Positions 18,554 to 27,995 of a DNA stretch of 64,000 bases are shown here, piece after piece; positions within the stretch are counted from its first letter, which is position 1; every line of letters starts with the position of its first letter. Under the pieces are notes generated by a model, which saw only the letters and a program-made list of their open reading frames with translations, was not told the origin of the DNA and searched no databases. The stretch comes from a virus. The translations under genes were made by a program, and so were the position numbers. Location of the stretch: positions 31,572 to 95,571 of the IMG/VR virus record IMGVR_UViG_3300037470_001039; one strand, written 5' to 3'.

Positions 18554-20053
18554 ATGCGCGTCGTGACTCTCAGTCGGAAGCCGTGTGCCGCTTCAAGCAC
18601 CACGGCCAATGTCGTCAAGCACGAGGCAGGCGCACTGAACATCGACGGCTGTCGCATCCACTACGCAAGGGATGAACCGGATAGTGGAGTGAACTACTAC
18701 CGGCATCGGGACCTGGAGATGTCTCAAAACCGGCACAACTACTTCCGCGGGCCTGATCGCGTCATGGTGGCGTCACCTCCTGCGGGAGGGCGCTGGCCCG
18801 CGAACCTTTTCCTCGTTCATCGAGCCTCGTGCGAGGTGCGGGGCACAGTTGCGGGGCCGGGCTACACCATCAACCGGTGGAAAGACGGCGCCAAGCCTTT
18901 CGGCGGAGGTGCGGGGCACGAGTACGAGTCTGAGGAGCAGCCGGCCGAGCAGGTCGCCGTGTGGGACTGTGCGGAGAATTGTGCTTCGTGGGCTCTGGGT
19001 GAGCAAAGTGGTGTGTGTCCCACGGGTGACGTTGCGGCTTACACTCGCAAAAACACAGAGTTCTATATGGGGCGCCAACCCGGCATGGCGACCTCTCTCC
19101 ATAGAGGAGATACGGGGACTGCTTCTCGCTACTTCAAGCAGATGAAGGAGGAGGACGACGACATGGACGGAATGCCTCAAGAAATGGTTGACTACCTCGC
19201 CACGCTGATCTCGCCGCCTCCGTCGTGCAACCCCGTGGTCATCGTTCAGATGAGCCTCAAGGACTACCCGTGGGAGGAGCATGAGGACGCGTCGGTTCAC
19301 GGGCTCATCACGATGGGCAACCCGGGGCCACACATGCAGGACATCGACCGCGTCCTTCGACCTGGAGCGCACCTCCTGATCCTGTCACCCGAGAACGAGC
19401 CGACGGGACACACGGGTGCGTGCGCGGTCGAGGACTTCGGCTACGAGATCCGAGACGCCATCGCCGTGCTCGACACTCCGGGCGATTTCCATTATGTCGC
19501 CAAAGCCAGTTCGGCCGAGCGCAACGCGGGGGTAGAGGCGCGCACGAAGGACAATGGGCGCGTCGTGCAGAACGACCACGAGACGGTGAAGCCAGTGGGC
19601 ATCATGGAGCGCCTGCTCGCCGACATCCCCCGAGGTGCGCTCGTCGTGGACGCCTTCATGGGAAGCGGCACCACGGGCATCGCGTGCCTGCGCACGGGGC
19701 ACGACTTCGTCGGCATCGACCAGGACCCGCAGTACCTCCAGATCGCCGACCAGCGCGTCAGGCACTGGGACCGAGTCAAGCATTCGTGGAAAGGCGCGAC
19801 GATCGAGTCGGAGGCGGAGTTCCAGAAAGAGGAGTCGATGGGTCTCGAGGATCTGTTCGGTTTCGCGGCCCACGACGAGGACGACGACTTCGAGATCGGG
19901 GACTGCCCGGTGTGCGAGAAGAGAGACACCGAGATCGAGATCAAGGAGAAGGGGGAGCGCCTCAAGGTGTGCTCCGCCTGCGCCGAGGACCGCGAACAGG
20001 TACGCCTGTACCTGCTGAAAGAAGCGCGCAGACGCGTCGAGGAACTGGAGTAG
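18554..20053 (+). CDS. C-terminal (SAM-binding) part of a DNA methyltransferase lacking DPPY
   Basis: RKP...GALNIDGCRI, GRWPAN, ASRYFK, HETVKP and VDAFMGSGTTG motifs. The catalytic position reads TMGNP. Confidence 0.8.
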   Translation: MRVVTLSRKPCAASSTTANVVKHEAGALNIDGCRIHYARDEPDSGVNYYRHRDLEMSQNRHNYFRGPDRVMVASPPAGGRWPANLFLVHRASCEVRGTVAGPGYTINRWKDGAKPFGGGAGHEYESEEQPAEQVAVWDCAENCASWALGEQSGVCPTGDVAAYTRKNTEFYMGRQPGMATSLHRGDTGTASRYFKQMKEEDDDMDGMPQEMVDYLATLISPPPSCNPVVIVQMSLKDYPWEEHEDASVHGLITMGNPGPHMQDIDRVLRPGAHLLILSPENEPTGHTGACAVEDFGYEIRDAIAVLDTPGDFHYVAKASSAERNAGVEARTKDNGRVVQNDHETVKPVGIMERLLADIPRGALVVDAFMGSGTTGIACLRTGHDFVGIDQDPQYLQIADQRVRHWDRVKHSWKGATIESEAEFQKEESMGLEDLFGFAAHDEDDDFEIGDCPVCEKRDTEIEIKEKGERLKVCSACAEDREQVRLYLLKEARRRVEELE

Positions 20054-20080
20054 GAGGAGTAGGAGGAGGAGGAGGAGCAG

Positions 20081-20791
20081 ATGGCTGCCGTGTTCGACCT
20101 CAACCGCTGCGCCCACGTCGGGATGAACCCGTGGCGCGGCAATCTTCCTCTCCGAGCCGACCGCACCTTCGCCTTCGACGAGCTGCGGCAGGTGCTGGGG
20201 CTCAACTCCGGGCAGCACTTCGTCGACGTCTCCGTCATCGACAATGTTGCTGGCAACGAGCGTGCCGTGTGGCAGCCCGAGATGGGGACGCAACGTGAAC
20301 GGGGACGCAACGTGAACGGGGACGCAACGTGAACGGGGACGCAACGTGAACGGGGACGCAACGTGAACGGGGACGCAACGTGGTCGCGGAACCATCCTGA
20401 CATCCCTCCGCAGTTCAACCGGCAGGAACCTCCGTGGACGCTGGGCGTCCTGCACGGTGACGGAGACAGGGTGATGTGGTGGCAAATCGAGGGGGCGACA
20501 ACCCGATCGTCCTGGGGCCTGGCCCACGCTCTTACGACTTCATCGGTTACGTGGATCGGTTACGTGGATCGGCTCGTGCAGCTCAACAATCTTGGGATGC
20601 CTGTCTACGTCCACTGCAGGAACGGCACTGACCGCACTGGAGCCTCCGTCGCGGCCTTTGCCATGCGGGAGATGGGGTACACGCTCGACGAGGCGTTCAA
20701 ACTCGCCGACAGCGTGAAGGCTGCGGGCACGATGAACTCGGACTACGTCGCGCTGGTGAAGGCGTACGTGAGGGAGTCGGGGCTCAAGTGA
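20081..20791 (+). pseudogene. Cys-based protein tyrosine/dual-specificity phosphatase interrupted by a tandem repeat
   Basis: VHCRNGTDRTG (CX5R) motif. ORFs 20081..20332 and 20363..20791 share a frame and are separated by a TGA inside the repeat. Confidence 0.75.
20284..20382 (+). repeat. 17-bp tandem repeat GGGGACGCAACGTGAAC, 5 full copies plus 14 bp
   Basis: Read directly from the sequence. Confidence 0.95.
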
Positions 20792-21438
20792 GGATCGTGA
20801 CGGTGGCTCGCAAGCCGTGTGTCGCCTTGAGCACCACGGTCAACGTTGTCGAGCACCAGGCCGGAGCGCTCAACGTCGACGAGTGCCGAATCAGCTACGC
20901 GAGCACGAACGACCTTCGAGAGACGCTATCCAGGAATCCCGGCACCGATCGCCGGTTCACGTCGAATCTCTACGACACGGAGAGCGAGACGCGGCTGATG
21001 CAGAGGACGAACCCCGCAGGACGGTGGCCTACGAACGTCATCCTCCTGCACCGACGTGGCTGCAAGATGGTCGGCACACGGAAGGTATCCACTGGTACCG
21101 CCCATCGCGAGAACAGCAGCGGACGAACCATCTTCTCCGAGACCGAGAAGCCCCCGATGGAGAACATGAGCTACGCAGACGCGGACGGGAAGGAGACCAT
21201 CCCCGACTGGCAGTGCGAGCCCGGGTGTTCCGTCGCCGAGATCGACCGGCAGAGCGGGACGCTGACTTCGGGTTCTGGCGCCGTGAAGCGCGCCAGTTCG
21301 GCGCAGCGGGAGGGGAACCGGGGTGCCGCCTACGGTGCCGAGAACCGCGCGGAGGGCACGCCGATGATCTGGTACGGGGACACCGGGGGCGCCTCGCGCT
21401 TCTTCAAGGGGTTCGGAGGACAGGGATCAGGGGCCTGA
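20788..21438 (+). CDS. stand-alone methyltransferase middle (variable) domain
   Basis: ARKP...GALNVDECRI, GRWPTNV and DTGGASRFFK. Homologous to the N-terminal part of 18554..20053, with neither DPPY nor FxGxG. Confidence 0.75.
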   Translation: MRIVTVARKPCVALSTTVNVVEHQAGALNVDECRISYASTNDLRETLSRNPGTDRRFTSNLYDTESETRLMQRTNPAGRWPTNVILLHRRGCKMVGTRKVSTGTAHRENSSGRTIFSETEKPPMENMSYADADGKETIPDWQCEPGCSVAEIDRQSGTLTSGSGAVKRASSAQREGNRGAAYGAENRAEGTPMIWYGDTGGASRFFKGFGGQGSGA

Positions 21439-21523
21439 CGGGGCCTCCCCCGCGGTTCGGGGCCTGAGCCCCCTTTTGTGCAATTAAAGGGTAGGGGCCG
21501 ATCCCTATCGTAAAACTCCCGAG

Positions 21524-22120
21524 ATGAGTCGGACCGAGATGTACCTCGTGGACCGCGTCGTCGGCGACGTCGTCCCCCTCGCCACTCTCCAGAACGCGCA
21601 CGGGGGCGCGATGGCCATCTGGCGCATCTTCGCGGAGAAGCGCCTCGGCATCTCCGGGATGTCATTCACGATGCTGATGATGGATGGGATGCGTACGATC
21701 TTCCAGGCCGCCCGGGAGGGCAAGTTCGAGCCGTGGGAGACGGTGACACTCATGACCACGACCGACAAGGTGATCGTGCCCACCGAGCACGTTGCCTCCG
21801 TCGCCTCCGCGCTCCAGAAGTTCGCCGACGAGCACGGCCCCGAGATGGAGGCGAACAACTTCGTGTTCCACGTCGGCGAGCAGGCGAAGGTGCTCCGCGA
21901 CTACGTCGAGCAGTCCGAGAGGGAGTCCCTGTGGGACGACGTGCAGCTCACCGAGGAGGAGCATACGCTCGCCGTCGAGGAGGACGGCATCGGTGTGTCG
22001 TCGAAGTGGTCTGAGGAGGCGCGGCCCTATAACGTCGACAGGGACAACGACGGACACTGGTTCTGGCCCGAGACCCCGAAGGACGCCGCCAACGTCGAGG
22101 CGCTCAAGGGCACGGCATGA
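21524..22120 (+). CDS. hypothetical protein
   Basis: 198-aa GC3-rich ORF. Confidence 0.65.
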   Translation: MSRTEMYLVDRVVGDVVPLATLQNAHGGAMAIWRIFAEKRLGISGMSFTMLMMDGMRTIFQAAREGKFEPWETVTLMTTTDKVIVPTEHVASVASALQKFADEHGPEMEANNFVFHVGEQAKVLRDYVEQSERESLWDDVQLTEEEHTLAVEEDGIGVSSKWSEEARPYNVDRDNDGHWFWPETPKDAANVEALKGTA

Positions 22121-22671
22121 GCCTCGATGATTTCCCCGACGCCTTCCTCGCGACTCTCCGCGACATGTTCGGCGGCGTGGACGAGAACAAGATTGAGCAC
22201 GTCCGACGCCTCTACGCCATCTGGACGGCGGCGCAGGACGACGAGTGTCGCGCGGCCTTCAGGTTCGTCTCCAAGCAGGTCGAGGGATCGAACGACAAGG
22301 CCGAGCGCATGAGGATCTCGTGGCTCCTCGGTAACGGGACCTACTGGACGAGGATCCCCGACGTGAGGGCGCGTCCGTGGTGGCTCTCCGAGCCCGAGGA
22401 CTGGAAGGCTCACGTCGCGGACCGGCTCAAGGTGCGCCGCGTGGGCGTCGATCGGTGGCACGTCTACGACCGGGATGACGGGGAGCACGTCGCCCGCGTC
22501 ACGAAGGAAGGGGGCGCCTACGAGGTCTGGCACCTCTCGGACGACCCGAAAGAGGTGGTCGAGGTACGGTTCCACCATATGTGGACCGCCGCGATGCAGG
22601 ACGTGGTGGCCCGGCAGGTCGTCCGACAGCATTTCGTGCAGATTGCGCCCCAAGCCCCCGAGAAGGTGTAA
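22117..22671 (+). CDS. hypothetical protein
   Basis: 184-aa ORF, ATGA-coupled. Confidence 0.65.
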   Translation: MSLDDFPDAFLATLRDMFGGVDENKIEHVRRLYAIWTAAQDDECRAAFRFVSKQVEGSNDKAERMRISWLLGNGTYWTRIPDVRARPWWLSEPEDWKAHVADRLKVRRVGVDRWHVYDRDDGEHVARVTKEGGAYEVWHLSDDPKEVVEVRFHHMWTAAMQDVVARQVVRQHFVQIAPQAPEKV

Positions 22672-22703
22672 AAACTTCGCCGACCCCGTACAGGGAACGA
22701 CCC

Positions 22704-23465
22704 ATGAGCCAGCGCGACATTCAAGATCTCGTAGAGCAGCTTCAGCAGGCGCAGGACGCCTACTACAACGGCGATCCCGTGATGTCGGACGCGGAGTTCG
22801 ACGCTCTCGAGGACGAGCTCCGAGGACGAGCTCCGAAGAACGCCTACTTCAAGCGCGTGGGGTCCGGCATGGTCAGGTCCCCGGCCGATCTCTACGGCCT
22901 CGACGAGGCCAAGCTCGCCGCGCTCACCCTCTCGGGCAAGAAGGTCGGCGACAGCACGGCCAAGAGGGTCATGAAGAACCTGCGCGCCAAGATGGAGCTT
23001 CGCATCGCGGACTTCGTCGGCTCGCTCGGCATCGACATGTGGGGGCGCTCCATGACGCAGTTCATCGTCGACGCGGGCCTCGACACCCTGGAGAAGATGG
23101 AGGACGCCACCGTGGCGCAGATCTCCGCGATCCCGGGGGTGGGCGACACCAAGGCCGTGAAGTTCGTCGAGGGGTTCCGCCGGAGTCGCAAGATGATCGA
23201 CGAGCTTCTCGCGGCCGGCGTGGAGGTGAAGAAGCCCATCACGGGCGGCAAGCTCTCGGGCGTCTCGTTCTGCTTCACCGGGGTGCGTGACCCGGCCTTC
23301 GCCGACGACCTCTTGGAGGCCGGGGGCACCGTCAAGAACAGCGTCGGGAAGGGGCTGACCTACCTCGTCGCCAAGGACCCCAAGAGCAACAGCGGGAAGG
23401 CCAAGAAGGCTCGAGCACAGGGCACCGAGGTGATCTCCCTGGAGGAAGCCAAGGCGCTCCTGTAG
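22704..23465 (+). pseudogene. ligA: NAD-dependent DNA ligase with in-frame deletion of the catalytic core
   Basis: YYNGDPVMSDAEFDAL (domain Ia) is joined directly to SPADLY/HhH and BRCT (FCFTG...KAKKARAQG). No KxDG motif or OB domain. Confidence 0.8.
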
Positions 23466-23484
23466 AGCCCGGGGAACGAGGAAG

Positions 23485-24720
23485 ATGGCGACCGCCTACT
23501 ACCGCAAGGGCACCTTCCAGATGCTCTGGGACTGTCCGCAGTGCGGACGCCAGAAAAACCTGGGGGTGGACCATCGCCATTGTCCCGGATGTGGGCAGGT
23601 GCAGGAGGAGAGCCTGCGCTACTTTCCGAAGCCGGGAGAGCGCGTGCCGACCAAGTTCCGGGGCCGCAGTCCAGACGTCGAGTGCGACCACTGCGGGACA
23701 CCCAACTCGTCGGCCGACAACAACTGCATCAACTGCGGGGCGTCCCTCTCCGGGACCAAGCCGGTCCATGTGCGTGCGTCCATCCCGGAGCACGCGGGGG
23801 AGAAGGGCGCCGACGCGAAGCGGGACTGGGACGCCCGCAAGGCCCGGGAGCGAGCAGCACAGGTCGCCCATCAGCAGCCCGAGACACGGAGGTCTCGAGC
23901 GCAGGCTCGCGCTCGCCGGGCCGCGCGTGCCCCCACGAGCCTCGGCGTCGACGACGTCGAGGAGGGCCTTCACGTCTCGAGGTTTCGTCCCGACCGGCGA
24001 CACGCCGTCGTGGGGGCCGTCGTTGTCCTGTTCGCGTTCGTGATGACGTGCGTGTTCTGGAAGAAGGAAGCGATCGTCGAGGTGCAGGGGCACACATGGG
24101 AACGTCGCGTCGCCATTGAGAGGTACGCGTCCTACGACGACGAGGACTGGTGCAGCTCGATGCCCGGCGACGCCTACAGCGTGAGCCGGAGGTCCGAGGT
24201 GCACCACCACGATCGGGTGCCTGACGGGGAGGACTGTCACACCGAAGCAGGGAGCTGCACCGAGACGTGCCGCAACGTGGACAACGGGAACGGCTCCTTT
24301 TCTGTCGACTGCACGAAAACCTGCAGCCCCGATCGACGGGTGTGCGAGACGAAATACCGCGACGATCCCGTGTACCGAGACAAGTGCAGCTACACCGTCG
24401 ACAGGTGGCGCACCGACAGGGATGCTACAGCTAAGGGATCGAGGCTGTCGCCCGCGCCCTCGTGGCCCGAACCGAAGTTCAGGCAGTGCACGGGCACCCG
24501 GATAGGATGCGAGCGTCTCGGAGGCCGCGCCGCGACGTACAAGGTGCACTTCGTGGCACCCTCGGAAGAGCAGGCGTTCGAGTGCGAGTACGACCAGCGC
24601 GCGTGGCAGAGTTACGAGCCCGGCAGCAAGTGGGTGGCCCGAGTAGGGGTACTGTGGGCACGAATCGACTGCGAGAGCATGAAGTCGACCGAGGCTGTGG
24701 AGGGAGGAGGTGTGCTGTGA
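23485..24720 (+). CDS. zinc-ribbon membrane protein with Cys-rich extracytoplasmic domain
   Basis: Four N-terminal CxxCG motifs, one TM segment and a Cys-rich C-terminus. Confidence 0.7.
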   Translation: MATAYYRKGTFQMLWDCPQCGRQKNLGVDHRHCPGCGQVQEESLRYFPKPGERVPTKFRGRSPDVECDHCGTPNSSADNNCINCGASLSGTKPVHVRASIPEHAGEKGADAKRDWDARKARERAAQVAHQQPETRRSRAQARARRAARAPTSLGVDDVEEGLHVSRFRPDRRHAVVGAVVVLFAFVMTCVFWKKEAIVEVQGHTWERRVAIERYASYDDEDWCSSMPGDAYSVSRRSEVHHHDRVPDGEDCHTEAGSCTETCRNVDNGNGSFSVDCTKTCSPDRRVCETKYRDDPVYRDKCSYTVDRWRTDRDATAKGSRLSPAPSWPEPKFRQCTGTRIGCERLGGRAATYKVHFVAPSEEQAFECEYDQRAWQSYEPGSKWVARVGVLWARIDCESMKSTEAVEGGGVL

Positions 24721-24986
24721 CGCCTGACGAGAAACGGCGCCTCTTCGCACGCATCGACGAGGGCAAGAGCAGCCTGCTGCCGCAGTTCTCGGGGCACTGG
24801 GAGCACGTCAACACGCTGGCCTCGTGGCGCATCTACATCGTCCACGACCCGTGTCACGACGGTGGAGACTTCCAGGACGACCGCAACACCGTCGTCGCCC
24901 TCCACGACGGGCACGGCCTGTGGCGCATCATCGGTCGCGAGCTGCCTTACGAGCTCGCGCTCGACATCGCGGAGGGACGGCACTGA
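24717..24986 (+). CDS. hypothetical protein
   Basis: GTG start after GGAGG, coupled to both neighbours. Confidence 0.55.
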   Translation: MTPDEKRRLFARIDEGKSSLLPQFSGHWEHVNTLASWRIYIVHDPCHDGGDFQDDRNTVVALHDGHGLWRIIGRELPYELALDIAEGRH

Positions 24987-25402
24987 TGGACATGACTTTC
25001 GACGAGTGGGGCGAGCACCTCAAGAAACTTTCCCAGAAGGTCGTCGCCCGATGGCCCGTCTCCGTCTCCGTGGACAAGGCGACATCGCTGCACGTCGAGA
25101 TCCGCGACGCGACGGGTGGACGCGTCGAGCTGGACCTCTCGCGGCAACCCGGCGACGACTGCATGGTCCCGAACGTGCGCGTGGGGAGCGGCTCGGGGCT
25201 GCCCTCCGACCTCTCGTACGCGCAGGCGAAGCTCAACGACATGCGCCTCGTCCTCGAGGCGCTGCACTTCTGCAACGTCTCGTGCTCCAACATCCGTGTG
25301 TTCCCCGAGGGGAAGTGCCCGTGCGCGCAGTGCAGAGGGAGTGGCACCAAGTTCAGGTCTGACGCGCCGTGCGAGGCGTGCAACGGAGAGGGAGTCCGAT
25401 GA
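24986..25402 (+). CDS. hypothetical protein with C-terminal DnaJ-type zinc finger
   Basis: CAQCRGSG...CEACNGEG. Confidence 0.6.
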   Translation: MDMTFDEWGEHLKKLSQKVVARWPVSVSVDKATSLHVEIRDATGGRVELDLSRQPGDDCMVPNVRVGSGSGLPSDLSYAQAKLNDMRLVLEALHFCNVSCSNIRVFPEGKCPCAQCRGSGTKFRSDAPCEACNGEGVR

Positions 25403-25722
25403 GCAACCTTCCTGCGAGACGCGGAGAGACACGCGTTGGCCTCTACCGCGACCTCGACCGAGCGAAACTCGGGGGCGTCTGCTCGGGCCTCGCCCGGTGG
25501 ACCGGAATCCCCTCCGTCTTCTGGCGCCTCGGGTTCGTCGTCGCCTTCTTCGGATGGGGCGTAGGTCTCGGCGTCTACGTGCTGATGTGGTGGCTCATGG
25601 ACACGGAGCCCGAGTCCGAGAAGAAGCAGCCCAGCCCCCTGGACCTCGACGAGGACGATCGGGAGATCTGGAACGCGGTCAAGAAGGACATGAAGTCCCT
25701 CGACCTGGAGAACGACGGATAG
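25399..25722 (+). CDS. PspC-domain membrane protein
   Basis: LYRDLDRAKLGGVCSGLA...RLGFVV...VYVLMWWLM matches the PspC pattern. Confidence 0.85.
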   Translation: MSNLPARRGETRVGLYRDLDRAKLGGVCSGLARWTGIPSVFWRLGFVVAFFGWGVGLGVYVLMWWLMDTEPESEKKQPSPLDLDEDDREIWNAVKKDMKSLDLENDG

Positions 25723-26179
25723 AGAGCACGTTCAGGTACTACGAGGCCCTTGCGTCGCTCGTGAGCACGACGTGGAGGTCCAAGAACGAGCCCGGTCGCC
25801 ACCATCCCGGCGTGAGCAGCGAAATGGTGGGCGAGCTCGTCGTCCAGGATCTGGCCGAGCGGGCGCACCACGATCCTCTCTTCGCCGAGGGGAAGGTCGT
25901 GCCGACCGCGAAAGCACAGGAGGTGCTGGACGGCATCGTGCTCACGCCCGACACGCCGGGCGTCGGGGTGCACCTGAGCCACTGCTGTCTCCGCGTGCAC
26001 GGCTGCAAGTACGGCCACGAGTTCTGTCCCGTGGAGACCAAGATGCTCCCCCCGACGACGAGAGATGCGGGGCCTGCTACGAGGACGACGAGTGGAACGA
26101 GGGTCTCGAGCAGTACGACTCCGGGGATCTCGCGGACGAGCTGCGTCGTCGCGGATACTCCGTCACGGCGCCTTCGTAA
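25723..26179 (+). pseudogene. His/Cys-rich hypothetical protein, start unclear, frameshift at a C-run near 26050
   Basis: VHLSHCCLRVHGCKYGHEFCPV continues as DDERCGACYEDD in another frame. Confidence 0.45.
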
Positions 26180-26277
26180 AATTCGGGATCGCACGCGAGC
26201 GGTCCTATCGAGACCCCCGGGTGTGGCATCGCGGCTCACCGTCGGCAGGCGGCCGCCCCGAGCGTACAAGGGGGGGC

Positions 26278-26925
26278 ATGAGGCTCTCGGAGGCATACGG
26301 GCGGCTGGAACTCGCGCACCCGGTGCAGCACGAGCGCAGGATTCTCGAGGAATGCGAGGGCGTCCTGAGCACGCGACGCCTCGGGACGACGGTTCGCACG
26401 CTCGTCGAGCTGTACCTCGACCTCGAGAGGGCGACGAAGTCCATCGGCTGGGCGCACGCGAACCGGGTCAAGTTCCTGTACGTGTGCCTGCACCTGGAGC
26501 AGGGGAGGCACCTGCGTCAAGAGCTTCGGAGAATTCACGGCGTGCTCCGCCTCGACGTCGATCCCCACCAAGTGCAGTTCTTCCCGCACAAGGGTTCTGA
26601 TCGTCACGTCGGCGGACACGGGTTCTACTCGTGGAGCATCTTCTGCGATCACTCCGTCAAGGAGCTCGACGGGCACGAGCGCACGTTCGGGCCGTTCGGT
26701 CTCGTGCGGTCGATCCAGCGCCGAGGGGACGTGTACACCGCGTACGACCGCGACGGCCACCGCGTCTGCTTGCTGACCAAGCAGGGCACGGACGACGTGA
26801 TCAGTCACTCGACGTGCCCGATCACGTACAGCCCGGACCGCGACGTCTCCAGCATCACCTTCGGCGCGTGGTCTAGGAACGATCTCATGTCGGCGATCAG
26901 GATGAAGGAGGCATTCGAGCTGTGA
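26278..26925 (+). CDS. hypothetical protein
   Basis: ATG at 26278, GC3-rich ORF. Confidence 0.6.
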   Translation: MRLSEAYGRLELAHPVQHERRILEECEGVLSTRRLGTTVRTLVELYLDLERATKSIGWAHANRVKFLYVCLHLEQGRHLRQELRRIHGVLRLDVDPHQVQFFPHKGSDRHVGGHGFYSWSIFCDHSVKELDGHERTFGPFGLVRSIQRRGDVYTAYDRDGHRVCLLTKQGTDDVISHSTCPITYSPDRDVSSITFGAWSRNDLMSAIRMKEAFEL

Positions 26926-27515
26926 GTCGCGAGCGCCTGCGCGCCCGGGCCGACCGGGTCAATCAGGAGGCCGACCTCGGGGAGATGCTCGCCGAGTGGG
27001 GGTACGCCGTCGTGCCCGACCGACAGCGCGAGCAGCAGTTCTCGTGCGATCTCCATGGCCCCGACAACAAGCCTTCCGCGCGCTACTACGGTCCGAGCAA
27101 CTCGACCTACTGCTGGGTGTGCCAGAAGACCCGCGACCCCATCGCGTGGATGATGGAGAAGGAGTTCTTCGGTTTCCGCGAGGCCGTCGAGGAGCTCGAG
27201 TCTCGATGCGGTTTCGAGTCGCTGCCGTGGAGCGACGAGCACGAGCGCGTCGTGACGCCCGAGGACGAGATTGGGGAGGCGACGCGCCGGGCGGCGGGTT
27301 CCTACGAGGATGAGCGCGATCGACTGCGCAGGTTCCTCGACACGCTGACGACCGAGCGTGAACTCAACGCGCAGAGGATGCTCGCGTTCTGGGAGGCGTT
27401 CGATCGGGTCGAGTACGGCGTCGCCAAGGAGGGGTGGGAGCAGCGCAAGGGGATCTCGGCCCTGTCCGCGTTGCGAGAACGCGTGCTCGAGGCACTTCGG
27501 GAGGCGGAGGGATGA
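26922..27515 (+). CDS. primase CHC2 zinc-finger protein without TOPRIM domain
   Basis: FSCDLHGPDNKPS...YCWVC...DPIAWMMEKEFFGFREAVEEL. Confidence 0.8.
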   Translation: MSRERLRARADRVNQEADLGEMLAEWGYAVVPDRQREQQFSCDLHGPDNKPSARYYGPSNSTYCWVCQKTRDPIAWMMEKEFFGFREAVEELESRCGFESLPWSDEHERVVTPEDEIGEATRRAAGSYEDERDRLRRFLDTLTTERELNAQRMLAFWEAFDRVEYGVAKEGWEQRKGISALSALRERVLEALREAEG

Positions 27516-27967
27516 TCGACGGCCTCCGCTACGTCACCATCCCCGATCCCGAACGCCACGGCGACGTCCTCGTCGCCTACCCACCTCCCCGGGAGGGAGA
27601 CCCGTGGGGCGTCCTTCGACCGCTGATGGGGACGAGCTGGGGAGCACAGATCCCGACCGTGACCGGAGAGGCGCTCTCGCACGCACTCCACGGCAGGCCG
27701 AAGCCTCTTCGTGAAATGCTGGGACCTCCTCCGCTGCGGAGAACGATGAGGATTGCACTCGAGGAGCGCGTGTGCCTCGAGCGACAGCAGGGGATCTGCG
27801 CGATGGCGGCCCCTCACTGCATGCCCGGGACGGGCCGGATGCCCGAGTGCTACGTCCCACCTGCCGAAGATCGGGCTCTCAGGGCGGTGGCGACGGCGGT
27901 CGCGCACGCGTGGGACGAGGGGCGCTACGTCTTCCTCGTCGACGGACCCGAGTTCGTCGTTACGTGA
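27512..27967 (+). CDS. hypothetical protein
   Basis: ATGA-coupled ORF. Confidence 0.6.
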   Translation: MIDGLRYVTIPDPERHGDVLVAYPPPREGDPWGVLRPLMGTSWGAQIPTVTGEALSHALHGRPKPLREMLGPPPLRRTMRIALEERVCLERQQGICAMAAPHCMPGTGRMPECYVPPAEDRALRAVATAVAHAWDEGRYVFLVDGPEFVVT

Positions 27968-27995
27968 AGTTCTGACGGGTAGAACGTCGGAGCCC

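Noticed and set aside
20051-20083. Readthrough fusion of the methylase to the phosphatase via TAG GAG GAG TAG
   Set aside because: It is in frame but needs two suppression events. It is better explained as a slipped GGAG RBS repeat.
20284-20382. CRISPR array
   Set aside because: The repeats are head-to-tail with no spacers, and there are no cas genes.
9091-21438. Classical restriction-modification system
   Set aside because: No cognate restriction endonuclease is recognisable. The HNH gene looks like a zinc-ribbon homing type, and orphan methylases are typical of phages.
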